64,000 nt of DNA from a virus (lineage: Duplodnaviria > Caudoviricetes), in IMG/VR virus record IMGVR_UViG_3300028531_000001, positions 12,865-76,864 of that record. One strand, given 5' to 3'. The notes below the pieces were generated by a model. The model made no database searches. It saw nothing but the letters and a program-made list of their open reading frames with translations, and was not told the DNA's origin. Every line of letters begins with the position of its first letter. Positions within the stretch are counted from its first letter, which is position 1. Position numbers and translations under genes: made by a program. Shown one piece after another: positions 32,752 to 42,386 of the stretch.

Positions 32752-35700
32752 ATGCACCAGCCGAGTATCCGAGCGTCGATCATCACCCGCAGGACGTACT
32801 GCCGACCTCTCGACGACGAGGGGACCGTATTCGAGACCTGGCCGCAGGTGATCGACCGGGTCAAGTCGCATCAGCGATGGCTCTGGGAGAACGCCCAGGG
32901 GTTCAGCCTGTCTCCGAGTCAGGAAGACGAACTGGCGGAACTATCCGGCCTCATGCTCGACCGGAAGTTGATGCCCGCGGGCCGGACCCTCTGGCTCGGC
33001 GGGACGGACATCGTCAAGCGGCGGGCCGCATCCAACTACAATTGTTCGTTTCTCAAAACGAAATCGGTCCACGACATCGTCGACGCGTTCTGGTTGCTGC
33101 TCCAGGGCTGCGGCGTCGGGTTCAAGATGGAGACGGGCGGGCTCAGCGGATTCAACAGGAAACTCGAAATCCAGGTCGCCCCCTCGACCCGGACCGACGC
33201 CAACGGGCGGGACACGAACGAGGAGCACTTCGACTCCGAGAGCGGCGTATGGACGATCAACGTCGGCGACTCTGCCGAGGCGTGGGCCAAGGCGGCCGGC
33301 AAACTCGTCGTCGGAAAGTTCCCCGCGAAGGTGCTCCGGATCGAGACGACCGAGGTCCGCCCGGCCGGGACTCGGCTCAAGGGTTACGGCTGGATCTGTG
33401 CTGGCGACTCGCAACTCCTGAAGGCGTTCACGGAGATCGCCGGCATCCGCAACCGCAAGGCCGGGAAACTGCTCACGAAGCTCGACGTGCTCGACCTCGT
33501 GAACTGGCTCGGGACCGTGCTCTCGACCCGCCGCTCCGCCCAGGCCGCCCTCATGGATTACGGCGACAAGGAGTGGGAGGACTTCGCCACGGCCAAGGCC
33601 CCCGGCTATTGGGAGAAGAACCCGCAGCGGGCCCAGAGCAACAACGGCCTGATGTTCTGGGAGAAGCCGAGCCTTCGTGAAATCCGCTCGATCTTCAATA
33701 TGATGGTCGAGCACGGGGGGGGCGAACCGAGCTTCAACAACGCGGCCGAGGCCAGGCGTCGGGCCCCTTGGTTCGACGGTTTCAACCCCTGCGTGACCGG
33801 AGACACCTGGGTCCTGACCACCGAGGGGCCGAGGAAGGCTGTCGACCTCGTCGGGCAACCCTTCACGGCGATCGTCGATGGCCTGCCGCACGACTCGACC
33901 GACCGCGGGTTCTACCCGACCGGCGAGAAGATGGTCTACCGGGTCGAGACCGATCGGGGGTACTCGTTCGAGTGCACCGACAACCACCAGATTCAGGAGG
34001 TCTATTCGCTTACCGCGAAGTCGCGTCGGACCCGATGGACGGAACTCAAGGATCTCAAGGTCGGAGACCGGATCAGCCTGCACAACCACGAGGACGCCGC
34101 GTGGTCAGGGGCCGGGAGCCGCGAGGAGGGCTGGCTGGTCGGCAGCCTTCTCGGAGACGGTGTCTTCATGGGTGGGAATGTCGAGACGGCCCGCCTGTCC
34201 TATTGGGGGCCGACGAAGGAAGTGATGGCCGGGATCGCCCGGGATTCGATCCTCTCGACCGTTAAGGCCCGATCGGACTGCGGGCGACGATCCCCCGGCG
34301 GGGTTCAGGAGATCAAGTATGATCGAATGAACCTCAGCAGCACCGGCCTGCGGTCGATGGCCGAGTCCTTCGGGCTAACCGCGATCAAGACCCTGGGGGA
34401 TGAGGTCGAACATACGTCGTCGGACTTCCACGAGGGGTTCCTCTCGGGATGGTTCGACGCCGACGGATCGGTGTGCGGCGGTCAGTCACACGGCGTCTCG
34501 GTCCGCCTCACCTCGGTCATACTGAAGAACCTCTATGCGGCTCAACGCATGCTGGCCCGGCTCGGGATCATCTGCAAGGTCTACAAGGATCGCCAACCCG
34601 AAGGACCTCGCACGCTCCCGGACGGCAAGGGCGGGGTCAAGGACTACAACTGCCAGGCCGGTCACGAATTGATCATCTCGGGCAGGAGCCTCGCCAGGTT
34701 CGCGGAACGTGTTGGCTTCCGGCATCCGGCCAAGAGTAAGAAGCTCGCGGCCAGGATGGACGCATACCAGCGAGGGCTCAACCGCGAGCGATTCACGGCC
34801 CGGATCAAGTCGATCAGGCCGGTCGGCGTCCAATCTGTCTACGACTGCACGATCCCGACGGCCAGCCAGTTCGACGGGAATGGGGTGAACCTCCACAACT
34901 GTTTCGAAATCATCCTGGCCGACCGTGGTTTCTGCAACCTCTTCGACATCAACGTACTGCGGTTTGTTGATGACCATCATGGCCTGCACCGGGCGATCTA
35001 TTTGGCCGGCAGGGCGAACTACCGCCAGACGCTCGTGGACTTGCGTGACGGCATCCTCCAACACTCGTGGCACGAGAACAACGAGTTCCTGCGGCTCTGC
35101 GGCGTGGGCCTGACGGGGCTCGTGACTCGGCCCGACCTGGACGACTATGCGCTTCGGCAACTCCGCAACTCGGCGACGGCCGGGGCCTACTCGATCGCGG
35201 ACGAACTCGGGCTGGAGCGGCCCAAGAACGTCACGACGATCAAGCCGTCGGGCACGGTCTCGAAGATCATGGACTGCACCGAGGGGGCCCACAAGCCTCT
35301 CGGCCGGTACATCTTCAACAACGTCAACTTCTCCAGGCATGACCCGCTCGTCGGCATGCTCACCGACGCCGGATACGACGTGCTGGACAATCCCACCGAC
35401 CCGGCGGCCGTGCTGGTCAAGATCCCGACCTCGTGGCCGACCGTGCCGTTCGGGCTCTCCCCCGCCGGAGTCCCGGTCAATCATGAGTCGGCGGTCGATC
35501 AGTTGGAGCGATACCGCAAACTCCAGAACAGCTACTGCGATCAGAACACGTCGATCACCGTCAGCTACGACCCGTCGGAAGTCCCGGCGATGTCGAAGTG
35601 GTTCGACAAGAACTGGGACAGCTACGTCGGTGCCGCCTTCCTGTTCCGCAACGACCCCACGAAGACAGCGGCCGACCTCGGGTTCGCGTATCTCCCGCAG

Positions 35701-35826
35701 GAGGTGGTCGACGCGGAGACGTACCGGAAGTACGAGAGTCGATTGAAGCCGATCGACATCGACGCGGCGTCGGGTGAGGACCTGATCGACGCGGACTGCT
35801 CGACCGGCGCGTGCCCGGTCCGGTGA
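32752..35826 (+). CDS. nrdJ: Class II (B12-dependent, monomeric RTPR-type) ribonucleotide reductase with intein
   Basis: PAGRTLW, YNCS, LLQGCGVG, QRAQSNN, NP|C.EI split by an intein, LCGVGLTG, TTIKPSGTVS, C-terminal CSTGACPVR; ATG at 32752. Confidence 0.93.
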   Translation: MHQPSIRASIITRRTYCRPLDDEGTVFETWPQVIDRVKSHQRWLWENAQGFSLSPSQEDELAELSGLMLDRKLMPAGRTLWLGGTDIVKRRAASNYNCSFLKTKSVHDIVDAFWLLLQGCGVGFKMETGGLSGFNRKLEIQVAPSTRTDANGRDTNEEHFDSESGVWTINVGDSAEAWAKAAGKLVVGKFPAKVLRIETTEVRPAGTRLKGYGWICAGDSQLLKAFTEIAGIRNRKAGKLLTKLDVLDLVNWLGTVLSTRRSAQAALMDYGDKEWEDFATAKAPGYWEKNPQRAQSNNGLMFWEKPSLREIRSIFNMMVEHGGGEPSFNNAAEARRRAPWFDGFNPCVTGDTWVLTTEGPRKAVDLVGQPFTAIVDGLPHDSTDRGFYPTGEKMVYRVETDRGYSFECTDNHQIQEVYSLTAKSRRTRWTELKDLKVGDRISLHNHEDAAWSGAGSREEGWLVGSLLGDGVFMGGNVETARLSYWGPTKEVMAGIARDSILSTVKARSDCGRRSPGGVQEIKYDRMNLSSTGLRSMAESFGLTAIKTLGDEVEHTSSDFHEGFLSGWFDADGSVCGGQSHGVSVRLTSVILKNLYAAQRMLARLGIICKVYKDRQPEGPRTLPDGKGGVKDYNCQAGHELIISGRSLARFAERVGFRHPAKSKKLAARMDAYQRGLNRERFTARIKSIRPVGVQSVYDCTIPTASQFDGNGVNLHNCFEIILADRGFCNLFDINVLRFVDDHHGLHRAIYLAGRANYRQTLVDLRDGILQHSWHENNEFLRLCGVGLTGLVTRPDLDDYALRQLRNSATAGAYSIADELGLERPKNVTTIKPSGTVSKIMDCTEGAHKPLGRYIFNNVNFSRHDPLVGMLTDAGYDVLDNPTDPAAVLVKIPTSWPTVPFGLSPAGVPVNHESAVDQLERYRKLQNSYCDQNTSITVSYDPSEVPAMSKWFDKNWDSYVGAAFLFRNDPTKTAADLGFAYLPQEVVDAETYRKYESRLKPIDIDAASGEDLIDADCSTGACPVR
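33790..34899 (+). mobile_element. Intein with LAGLIDADG homing endonuclease (370 aa) in nrdJ
   Basis: Starts CVTGDTWV, ends VYD...NGVNLHN, +1 residue is the NPC Cys; LVGSLLGDG and FLSGWFDADG motifs. Confidence 0.93.
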
Positions 35827-35849
35827 CTAACCTTCCCGGAGTCCCCTCA

Positions 35850-36161
35850 ATGACCCAACTCACCTACGGCGATCCCAGCCTCAAACACCTCAAGCAGAAC
35901 CTCGGCCTGATCCTCGGCAGTGCCGCCTACGTCACGCACCGGGCGATTCTCGAGACCCTGCACGAGCGGGGCACGGTGACGTCGGCCCAGCTCAACGCGT
36001 CGAATCTCGACCGATCGAAGGTCGCCGTGGCGTTGGCGGAACTCAGGCGGGCCCACCTCATCGACCTGATCATGGGCGACGGGCCGCTGCCGGACTGGCC
36101 GATCCGGCTGACGAAGGCGGCGGCGGAGCGGATGGGGCGGCGGCTGGAACGGGCGAAATGA
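35850..36161 (+). CDS. Winged-HTH protein
   Basis: AILETLHERG.VT.AQL....LDRSKVAVALAELRRAHLI. Confidence 0.6.
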   Translation: MTQLTYGDPSLKHLKQNLGLILGSAAYVTHRAILETLHERGTVTSAQLNASNLDRSKVAVALAELRRAHLIDLIMGDGPLPDWPIRLTKAAAERMGRRLERAK

Positions 36162-36379
36162 TGATCCTTCAAGGGGACGCGCGGGGAACGGCCGGTTTCG
36201 GGGATTCTGTCCGCGTAAGTCGTTAGGAGGAAGCGGTTTCCGGGTGCGCGAGGATGGCGAGAGATCGGCGCGGCGGGAAACGCCGATTTTGGGGGCTTGA
36301 TCGACGCAAGTCCTTGACACGAAACGACTCGATCGCGCGACAGTGCTTGGGTTCGGAAACTCCTTCAAGAAAGGCTCTC

Positions 36380-36880
36380 ATGGACTTCTGCAAGATTGAC
36401 GATCGGGCGATCACTCCGAAGCGGGCCCACAAGAAAGACCTCGGGCAAGACATCTACGCGCTCGGAGATGTGACGCTCCGACCCGGCGAGAAGAAGCGGA
36501 TCAAGACGGGCATCAAGATCGCCCTGCCCCGCGATTCCAGCGGCCTGTTCTGGGACAAGTCCGGCCGGGCGGATGCCGGGCTCGTGGTCCACGCCGGGGG
36601 AATCGACAACGGGTACATCGGCGAGCTGGAGGTGATCGTCCAGAACCTCCAGATCGGGGACCTCCTGGAGGCCCTGATGGCGAGACTGGCCGGGGACCTC
36701 GACGTCTCGCCCTCTTTTATCTACGAGCGGGACACCATCCACGTCCCCTACGGCAAGCCCCTGACGCAACTCCTGATCGCGGACCTGGCCTTCGACGAGG
36801 CTAACGAGGTGGACCGGGAGACGTTCGAACGGCGGACCACCGAGCGGGGCGAGGGCGGGTTCGGATCGACCAGCCGATGA
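36380..36880 (+). CDS. dut: Trimeric dUTPase-like protein
   Basis: KRAH..DLGQDI, IKTGIKIALP, KSG, GGIDNGY.GE, C-terminal RGEGGFGST. Confidence 0.85.
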   Translation: MDFCKIDDRAITPKRAHKKDLGQDIYALGDVTLRPGEKKRIKTGIKIALPRDSSGLFWDKSGRADAGLVVHAGGIDNGYIGELEVIVQNLQIGDLLEALMARLAGDLDVSPSFIYERDTIHVPYGKPLTQLLIADLAFDEANEVDRETFERRTTERGEGGFGSTSR

Positions 36881-37110
36881 GACCACCCCCGGACATGCCC
36901 CTGGACTGGGAGGAGCGGCCCGGCGGCTGGCGGACGACCGCCGGCACGTTCGTCGCCGTGGTGATCCCCCTCCCGTCCGGCGGGTATTCCTGGGTGGCGG
37001 TGGACCTGGAGCCGCATGGGGTCCACGGCAAGGGCAAGGCGGGGACGTTCCGCGGGGCGTTGGACGGGGTCGATGGGATCTACAAGAGGGGGAAGGACGG
37101 ATGGGGATGA
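36877..37110 (+). CDS. Small phage protein
   Basis: LDWEE...W pattern similar to 23201-23443. Confidence 0.55.
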   Translation: MRPPPDMPLDWEERPGGWRTTAGTFVAVVIPLPSGGYSWVAVDLEPHGVHGKGKAGTFRGALDGVDGIYKRGKDGWG

Positions 37111-37274
37111 GCCTCGCGGCGGATTGGATTCGACATCTGCTCAGGTGGATGAAGTTCGAGATATGCCTGCTCTATAGGGAGTGCTTCATCGAGGAAATCT
37201 GGCCCTGGCTCTATGCGATGCTAGAGGCCGAACAACGCAAGTTGGAAAGCGAGGGGGGCGAGGATGTGCACTGA
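37107..37274 (+). CDS. 55-aa hypothetical protein
   Basis: Hand translation MSLAADWIRHLL...EGGEDVH, 4-bp overlap with the previous gene. Confidence 0.45.
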   Translation: MSLAADWIRHLLRWMKFEICLLYRECFIEEIWPWLYAMLEAEQRKLESEGGEDVH

Positions 37275-37551
37275 CATCTACATGCCGGACGGCGGCGAAA
37301 TCTCGAATCGACGCGAGATCAAAAGGGCACTACCGAAGATCATCTACCGGCAGGACTACTATATCGACGACTATGACCCGGCCGACGACGATGGCGAAAT
37401 CTGCCTCTGTGCCGTGGATATGCGGGCGACCGCCAAGGCCAACGGGTATCGCGTCATCCCCTTCGGGCCGGGCGACGTCTACTTCGTGAAGCGAGGCCAG
37501 AGGCTGAGGAATCACGCGGAAGTGAAGTTTCAGGAGGCTCACCGACGATGA
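37264..37551 (+). CDS. Hypothetical protein
   Basis: 95 aa, overlaps neighbours. Confidence 0.55.
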   Translation: MCTDIYMPDGGEISNRREIKRALPKIIYRQDYYIDDYDPADDDGEICLCAVDMRATAKANGYRVIPFGPGDVYFVKRGQRLRNHAEVKFQEAHRR

Positions 37552-37733
37552 CCATCGACCAACTCCAGGCCCACGTCCAGTACCTCAACCTCCTGCTCCG
37601 GCGCGAGACGGCGAAGTCGAACCCCGACCGGACGCAGGTGGCCATGCTCACGTCGCAGCGTGATGCGGCGGTCGGGCGGATCAATCGGGCCAGAAATCAT
37701 GGCGATCCCTTGATCAGTACGATACCCTTGTAG
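37548..37733 (+). CDS. Hypothetical protein
   Basis: 61 aa, AGGAGG RBS. Confidence 0.55.
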   Translation: MTIDQLQAHVQYLNLLLRRETAKSNPDRTQVAMLTSQRDAAVGRINRARNHGDPLISTIPL

Positions 37734-37759
37734 GGCTCGCCTCTTTTTTATTTGTACCC

Positions 37760-37785
37760 GAGGTGAGGTTGTGATACCTCACCGG
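37760..37785. promoter_or_regulatory. Palindromic copy of the dispersed motif
   Basis: GAGGTGAG-GTTGTGATAC-CTCACCGG; GGTGAGGT/ACCTCACC is a perfect inverted repeat; upstream of the replication genes. Confidence 0.7.
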
Positions 37786-37808
37786 ATCAGTCGAGATTGG
37801 GGTGAGTC

Positions 37809-38198
37809 GTGGCGTGGCCCTATCAGCGGATCCAGGCGAGGACGGGGCCGAGACGCCCGGCCACCCGGCCCATCCGGCGTGACATCCTCACCGCCCTGGC
37901 CTGCCTGGGGCTGGGGAAGTACGAGTGGATCGTCGTGGCGAAGGTGCTGCTGGAGACCGACCCGGAGGTCCAGCGGGCCACGATGGTCAATCAATCCAGC
38001 CTCGCCCGGGATTACGGCGTGCCGAAGCAGCGGATCTCGGAGGCGATCCGCAGGCTCAGGGACCGCGGCATCCTGAGCCTGCACGGGGACGCTGCCGGAC
38101 TCTACGCGATCAACCGGGACGTCTATTCGTGGCTCGCGACGGACGGCCAGGCGGCCCTGTCGGACGATCAAATCGCCCAGGTCAACCTGGCAAACTGA
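37809..38198 (+). CDS. Lambda O-like replication protein N-domain (short copy)
   Basis: DILTALACLGLGKYEW.V...L...NQSSLARDYGVPKQRISEAIRRL...GIL...Y.INRDV.SW. Confidence 0.7.
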   Translation: MAWPYQRIQARTGPRRPATRPIRRDILTALACLGLGKYEWIVVAKVLLETDPEVQRATMVNQSSLARDYGVPKQRISEAIRRLRDRGILSLHGDAAGLYAINRDVYSWLATDGQAALSDDQIAQVNLAN

Positions 38199-38208
38199 GG
38201 GGGCCGGT

Positions 38209-39430
38209 CGTGGCTTATCGCTGGGGGAAGATCAACGACGGGGATCCATTCCACCGGATCACCAAGGACCTGCTCAGGCCGCTCCTGACGGCCGACCTAG
38301 GCAAATACGACGGGTGCCTGATCGCCAGCCTGATCGACGAGAGTTGGACGAAGCCCTACGTGGAGTCGAAGCGGCGGCCGAATGCGGAGGTCGAACCCGT
38401 CCCATTCCGGGTGCCGTGCAGCCAGATCGCCCGCGACTTCGGCTGCCCCAAGCAGCGGATCAGCAAGGCGAAGCGGACCCTGATCGCCCGCAGGATCATG
38501 ATCGAATTGCCCGACGGGACGGTCCTCTTCAACAAGAATGTCGACGACTGGATCGGCCTGGACGGCCAGCCCCAGTTCACCGAAGGGCAACTCCAATTGT
38601 TTATACGGGATGGGATGGCATCGTCGAAGAAAACCAAGACGACACACAACTGTGTGACGAAAAAGGGGCGGTCGAAGCCAAACGACACACTCCAGGGTGA
38701 CGAAACCGGGAAATCGGGCGGCCCCGACACACAACTGTGTGACGTTCTGCATGCCAGCGAGAATCCCGTATCCGGCGACACACAACTGTGTGACGCTCGA
38801 CCGGAAAACGACACACAACTGTGTGACGCAACGACACACTCGGCTGTGTCGTCCCACTATATAGGAACGCGCCCGTCAGAAGACTCAGAAGACTTCAATA
38901 CAAGAGGTGCTACGCACCAATTCGCGGGCGGGCGCGATGCCGGCGGCGGGGAGACCATCGGGGAGGGGCCGAGGAAGGTGCCCGACTTCCCCGCGGTGCT
39001 GCCCAGGCCGACCGACGTCCACCCCGGCCCACACGAGCCGGACTGGGAGCGGGTCGACTTCGCCCGGGGCCTGGCGATGAAGCTCTGGATCAACGACCGG
39101 CTGGGGCTGGACATCCGGGCCCACGCCCGCCAGTGGCCGAGCGAGTGGTTCGTGAGGGTCGTCAAGCGGCTCTGGGCCCAGCAGGCGTACCCGCACAGCT
39201 TCAAACTCCTGCGGACCATCCTGAACGGCTGGGACCGCAAGGGCGGGCCCGACGCGGGGCCGGAGGACGACTACGACGACAGGCTCGAGTTCATCCCGCA
39301 GTCGAAGCGGGGAGTCCTGCCCCTGTCCAAGCCGGGACCCAGGCCGACTTCGGATGACAAATCCCTGAATGAGTTCATCCCCATATCCAAACGATTCGCC
39401 CAAGCCCAGGCCAACGGGAGCCCACTGTGA
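38209..39430 (+). CDS. Lambda O-like replication initiator containing the origin
   Basis: RITKDLLRPLLTADLGKYDG...SQIARDFGCPKQRISKAKRTLI...LFNKNVDDW (Phage_rep_O pattern); start approximate (GTG near 38209). Confidence 0.8.
38641..38851. repeat. Replication origin iterons GACACACAACTGTGTGACG (4 perfect, 2 degenerate)
   Basis: Perfect copies at 38641, 38726, 38777, 38810; degenerate at 38684 (15/19) and 38833 (13/19); core CACACA-AC-TGTGTG is an inverted repeat. Confidence 0.9.
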
Positions 39431-42030
39431 GCCGCGAACCCAGGAACAATCATCCGCTTTCCGGCAAGATGCCGCCGTCGAATGTCGCCGTCGAGGCCGA
39501 GGTGCTCGGGGCGTGCCTGATGAGCCGGGAGGCGATCGACGAGGTAGCCGACGTGCTCAGGTCCGAGGACTTCTTCCGGGCGTGGCACGGGGAAGTCTGG
39601 TCCGCGATCAAGGGGCTCTGGTCGAAGGGCGAGCCGGTCACAATCGCGTCGGTCGCCGAAGCCCTGAAGGGCGAGGACAAGGCCGCCGACTTCGCCTCGC
39701 TGGCCGAGATCACCGCGAACACGCCGCACTCGGCGGACGCCCGGTACAACGCCGAGATCGTGAGGCAGAAGGCGGTCGGCCGGGAATTGATTCGCTGGTC
39801 GAACGAGGTCCTTGCGGCGGCCTACGCCCAGCAGGACACGAGCAACGCCCAGGTCCAGGACGCCCTCTCCGGTTTACTCAAGATCGCGGACCGCGGGGCG
39901 ACCTCCCGGGTGTATGACGCCCCCGCGTTCATGGAGATCGCCTGGAACGGACTCCAGGAGCGACGCCTCGGCAAGGCGACTGGGCTGAAGATCGGATTCC
40001 CCCAACTCGACGAACTGATCGGCGGGTTCGCGAATCAGCAACTGATCATCGTCGCGGCCAGGCCGGCGATGGGCAAGACCGCGTTCGCCATGCGGATTGC
40101 CGAGGCGTTCGCCGTAGACCAGGGACTCCCGACGCTGATGTTCAGCATGGAGATGGGGGTCGAGGAATTGGCGGACCGGCTGTGGAGCGGCCGCTCCCAG
40201 GTCATGGCCGACAAACTCAAGAACCCGATGTACCTGAACGACTCGGACGAAAACAGGCTCGGCAAGGCCCACCGGGACCTGGCGGATTCGGCCCTCCACA
40301 TCGACGACACCGCGGCCCGGAGCGTGGAGCAGATCGCCGCGACCGCCAGGCGTCATGCCGGCCGGGGCGGGCTGAAGGCGGTGATCGTGGACTATCTGCA
40401 ATTGATCGAGGAGGACTCCGATCGGTCCAGCCGGCAGGAGGAGGTCGCCCGGATCACCCGGTCGTTGAAGGCCCTCGCCAAGGAACTCAACCTGCCAGTC
40501 GTGGCGCTCTCGCAGTTGAACCGCAAGAGCGAGGATCGCCCGGATAAGAGGCCGAAGCTGTCGGACTTACGGGAGTGCGTCACGGCCGACACGACGATTT
40601 ACTGCTCGAGGACCGGTCGTATCCGGACCGTCGGCGAGTACGTCTCGTCCGGCGTCGGGCCGTCGGTCTACGGACTGGACGATCGGGCATCGTCGGGGCC
40701 GTGGAAGGTCGGGACGTCCAAGGCCGAGCCGTTCTGGTCCACCGGGGTCAAGCCCGTGTTCCGAGTCAGGACGGCCACCGGCCGGCAGATCCGCTGCACC
40801 GCGAACCATCCCCTCCGGACGATCGGCGGGTGGAAGCCCCTGGAAGAAATCCGGGTCGGCCAGCGGATCGCCTCGCCCCGATTCCTCCCCGAGCCATCGT
40901 CGGCGGCCGACCCGATGCACCGCGACGAGGCGAGGCTGCTGGGCTACCTGATCAGCGACGGCACGTATCTCCCGCAGCGGAGCGTCGGGTATGTGAAGGC
41001 CGACCCCGCGATGGTCTCCGAGGTCGAGCGGATCGCGAGGGATCGGTTCGGGATCGAGGCGAAGGACCATGCGTGCCGGGGGCCGGCGAGGCAGATCGAA
41101 CTCACCCGGAGGGATTGCGGCCCCGGCGGGAACCCGGTCATCGAGTGGCTGAAGTCGCTGGGGATTCACGGCCAGAAGGGCCACCGGAAGACGATCCCGG
41201 ATGCCCTGCTCTCCTCGCCGAACGAGATCGTCTCCGAGTTCATGGCCACGCTCTGGGCGGGCGACGGGTGCGTGACGAGGCGGAAGCACGGCGGGTACGC
41301 CCTGAAGTTTAGTTCCACGAGCATGCGGCTCCTGGAGCAGATGCAGATGCTCCTGCTCCGGTTCCGGATTGTCTCGGTGCTCGGCAAGCCCGGCCGCAAC
41401 ACGAAATCGACCCGGGACATCGCGTTGCTCTCGATCTCGGACTCGAGGCAGGTCATCCGCTTCTCGGAGCACTTCGCCCTCCCCGGCCGGAAGGGCGAGC
41501 AACTCGAGTACGCCGCCGACGAGTGCCGGATGATGGACGAGAACTCGCACATCGACCGGATGCCCATCGAGGCCACCGCGATGATCTCGTCGGCCAAGCG
41601 GGAGGCCGGACTGTCCTGGTCGGGCCTCGGCTACCGGTGCCAGGGCAAGGAGATCCACCCCGGCCGATTCGCCGAACTGGCGGACCGGCTCGGCCACCGC
41701 GGGATGCAGTCGGTCGGGGCGGCGGACGTGCTCTGGGACAAGATCGTCTCGATCGAACCCGACGGCGAGGCCGAGACCTTCGACGTTCGGGTCCCGGGCA
41801 TCCACAATTTCGTCGCCGGCGGGATCTTCGCCCACAACAGCGGCGCGATCGAGCAGGACGCCGACAAGGTGATCCTACTCCACCGTCCCGAATACTACGA
41901 CCCGACCGACATGCCCGGGACCGCCGAGGTGATCGTCGCGAAGAACCGCAGCGGGCAGACCGGGACCGTGCGGCTGAGGTGGGACAAGGAGACAACCAGA
42001 TTCTCCGTCGATCCCGACGAGCAGTTCTGA
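39427..42030 (+). CDS. dnaB: Replicative DNA helicase with intein
   Basis: PPSN..VEAEVLGACL, LIIVAARPAMGKTAF, FSMEM, IVDYLQLI, LSQLNR, SDLRE|SGAIEQDAD, IVAKNRSG.TG. Confidence 0.96.
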   Translation: MSREPRNNHPLSGKMPPSNVAVEAEVLGACLMSREAIDEVADVLRSEDFFRAWHGEVWSAIKGLWSKGEPVTIASVAEALKGEDKAADFASLAEITANTPHSADARYNAEIVRQKAVGRELIRWSNEVLAAAYAQQDTSNAQVQDALSGLLKIADRGATSRVYDAPAFMEIAWNGLQERRLGKATGLKIGFPQLDELIGGFANQQLIIVAARPAMGKTAFAMRIAEAFAVDQGLPTLMFSMEMGVEELADRLWSGRSQVMADKLKNPMYLNDSDENRLGKAHRDLADSALHIDDTAARSVEQIAATARRHAGRGGLKAVIVDYLQLIEEDSDRSSRQEEVARITRSLKALAKELNLPVVALSQLNRKSEDRPDKRPKLSDLRECVTADTTIYCSRTGRIRTVGEYVSSGVGPSVYGLDDRASSGPWKVGTSKAEPFWSTGVKPVFRVRTATGRQIRCTANHPLRTIGGWKPLEEIRVGQRIASPRFLPEPSSAADPMHRDEARLLGYLISDGTYLPQRSVGYVKADPAMVSEVERIARDRFGIEAKDHACRGPARQIELTRRDCGPGGNPVIEWLKSLGIHGQKGHRKTIPDALLSSPNEIVSEFMATLWAGDGCVTRRKHGGYALKFSSTSMRLLEQMQMLLLRFRIVSVLGKPGRNTKSTRDIALLSISDSRQVIRFSEHFALPGRKGEQLEYAADECRMMDENSHIDRMPIEATAMISSAKREAGLSWSGLGYRCQGKEIHPGRFAELADRLGHRGMQSVGAADVLWDKIVSIEPDGEAETFDVRVPGIHNFVAGGIFAHNSGAIEQDADKVILLHRPEYYDPTDMPGTAEVIVAKNRSGQTGTVRLRWDKETTRFSVDPDEQF
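40576..41838 (+). mobile_element. Intein with LAGLIDADG homing endonuclease (421 aa) in dnaB
   Basis: CVTADT...TFDVRVPGIHNFVAGGIFAHN|S; LLGYLISDG and FMATLWAGDG motifs; inserted at RE|SG. Confidence 0.95.
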
Positions 42031-42174
42031 CCTCCTCACCCCGCACGGCCAAGGACGGCCCTCTCCGCCCCGCTGACGCGATCCCGCCGCCAAACCCGAT
42101 AGATCCCGCCTCCTATCCTTCCTGACGCCGTAGCGAGCCCGCCAGGCCCCTTGGAGCGAACGCCTGATTAGGCC

Positions 42175-42200
42175 GAGGTGAGCAGATCTGCCCTCACCTC
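42175..42200. promoter_or_regulatory. Fully palindromic copy of the dispersed motif
   Basis: GAGGTGAG-CAGATCTGCC-CTCACCTC. Confidence 0.7.
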
Positions 42201-42308
42201 GCCTCACCTGCCCTGTCCTCAGGCCCGCATTCGGCCCGCCTCGCATCGACGCCGATGCCACGCGACCCCGGCGATTCCGGGGCGAAACACGATTTCCGGC
42301 CGCCCCGC

Positions 42309-42366
42309 TTGACATCGGAGGGACAAGGCGGTATTGATTGGAGGGCGGGTAACATCTCCTCACCTC
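42309..42366 (+). promoter_or_regulatory. Promoter of ArsR-like gene 2 followed by a minus-strand motif copy
   Basis: TTGACA(42309-14)-N17-TATTGA; motif minus 42348-42366 GAGGTGAGGAGATGTTACC. Confidence 0.7.
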
Positions 42367-42386
42367 GTTATGGATCGGAAATCGAT

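Noticed and set aside
36158-36220. DNA methyltransferase remnant (MMILQGDA...)
   Set aside because: Only 19 codons resemble an MTase start; no catalytic motif in any frame nearby.
38641-38851. CRISPR array from the 19-bp repeats
   Set aside because: Repeats are short, spacing irregular (4-66 bp), inside a coding gene, no cas genes; fits replication iterons.
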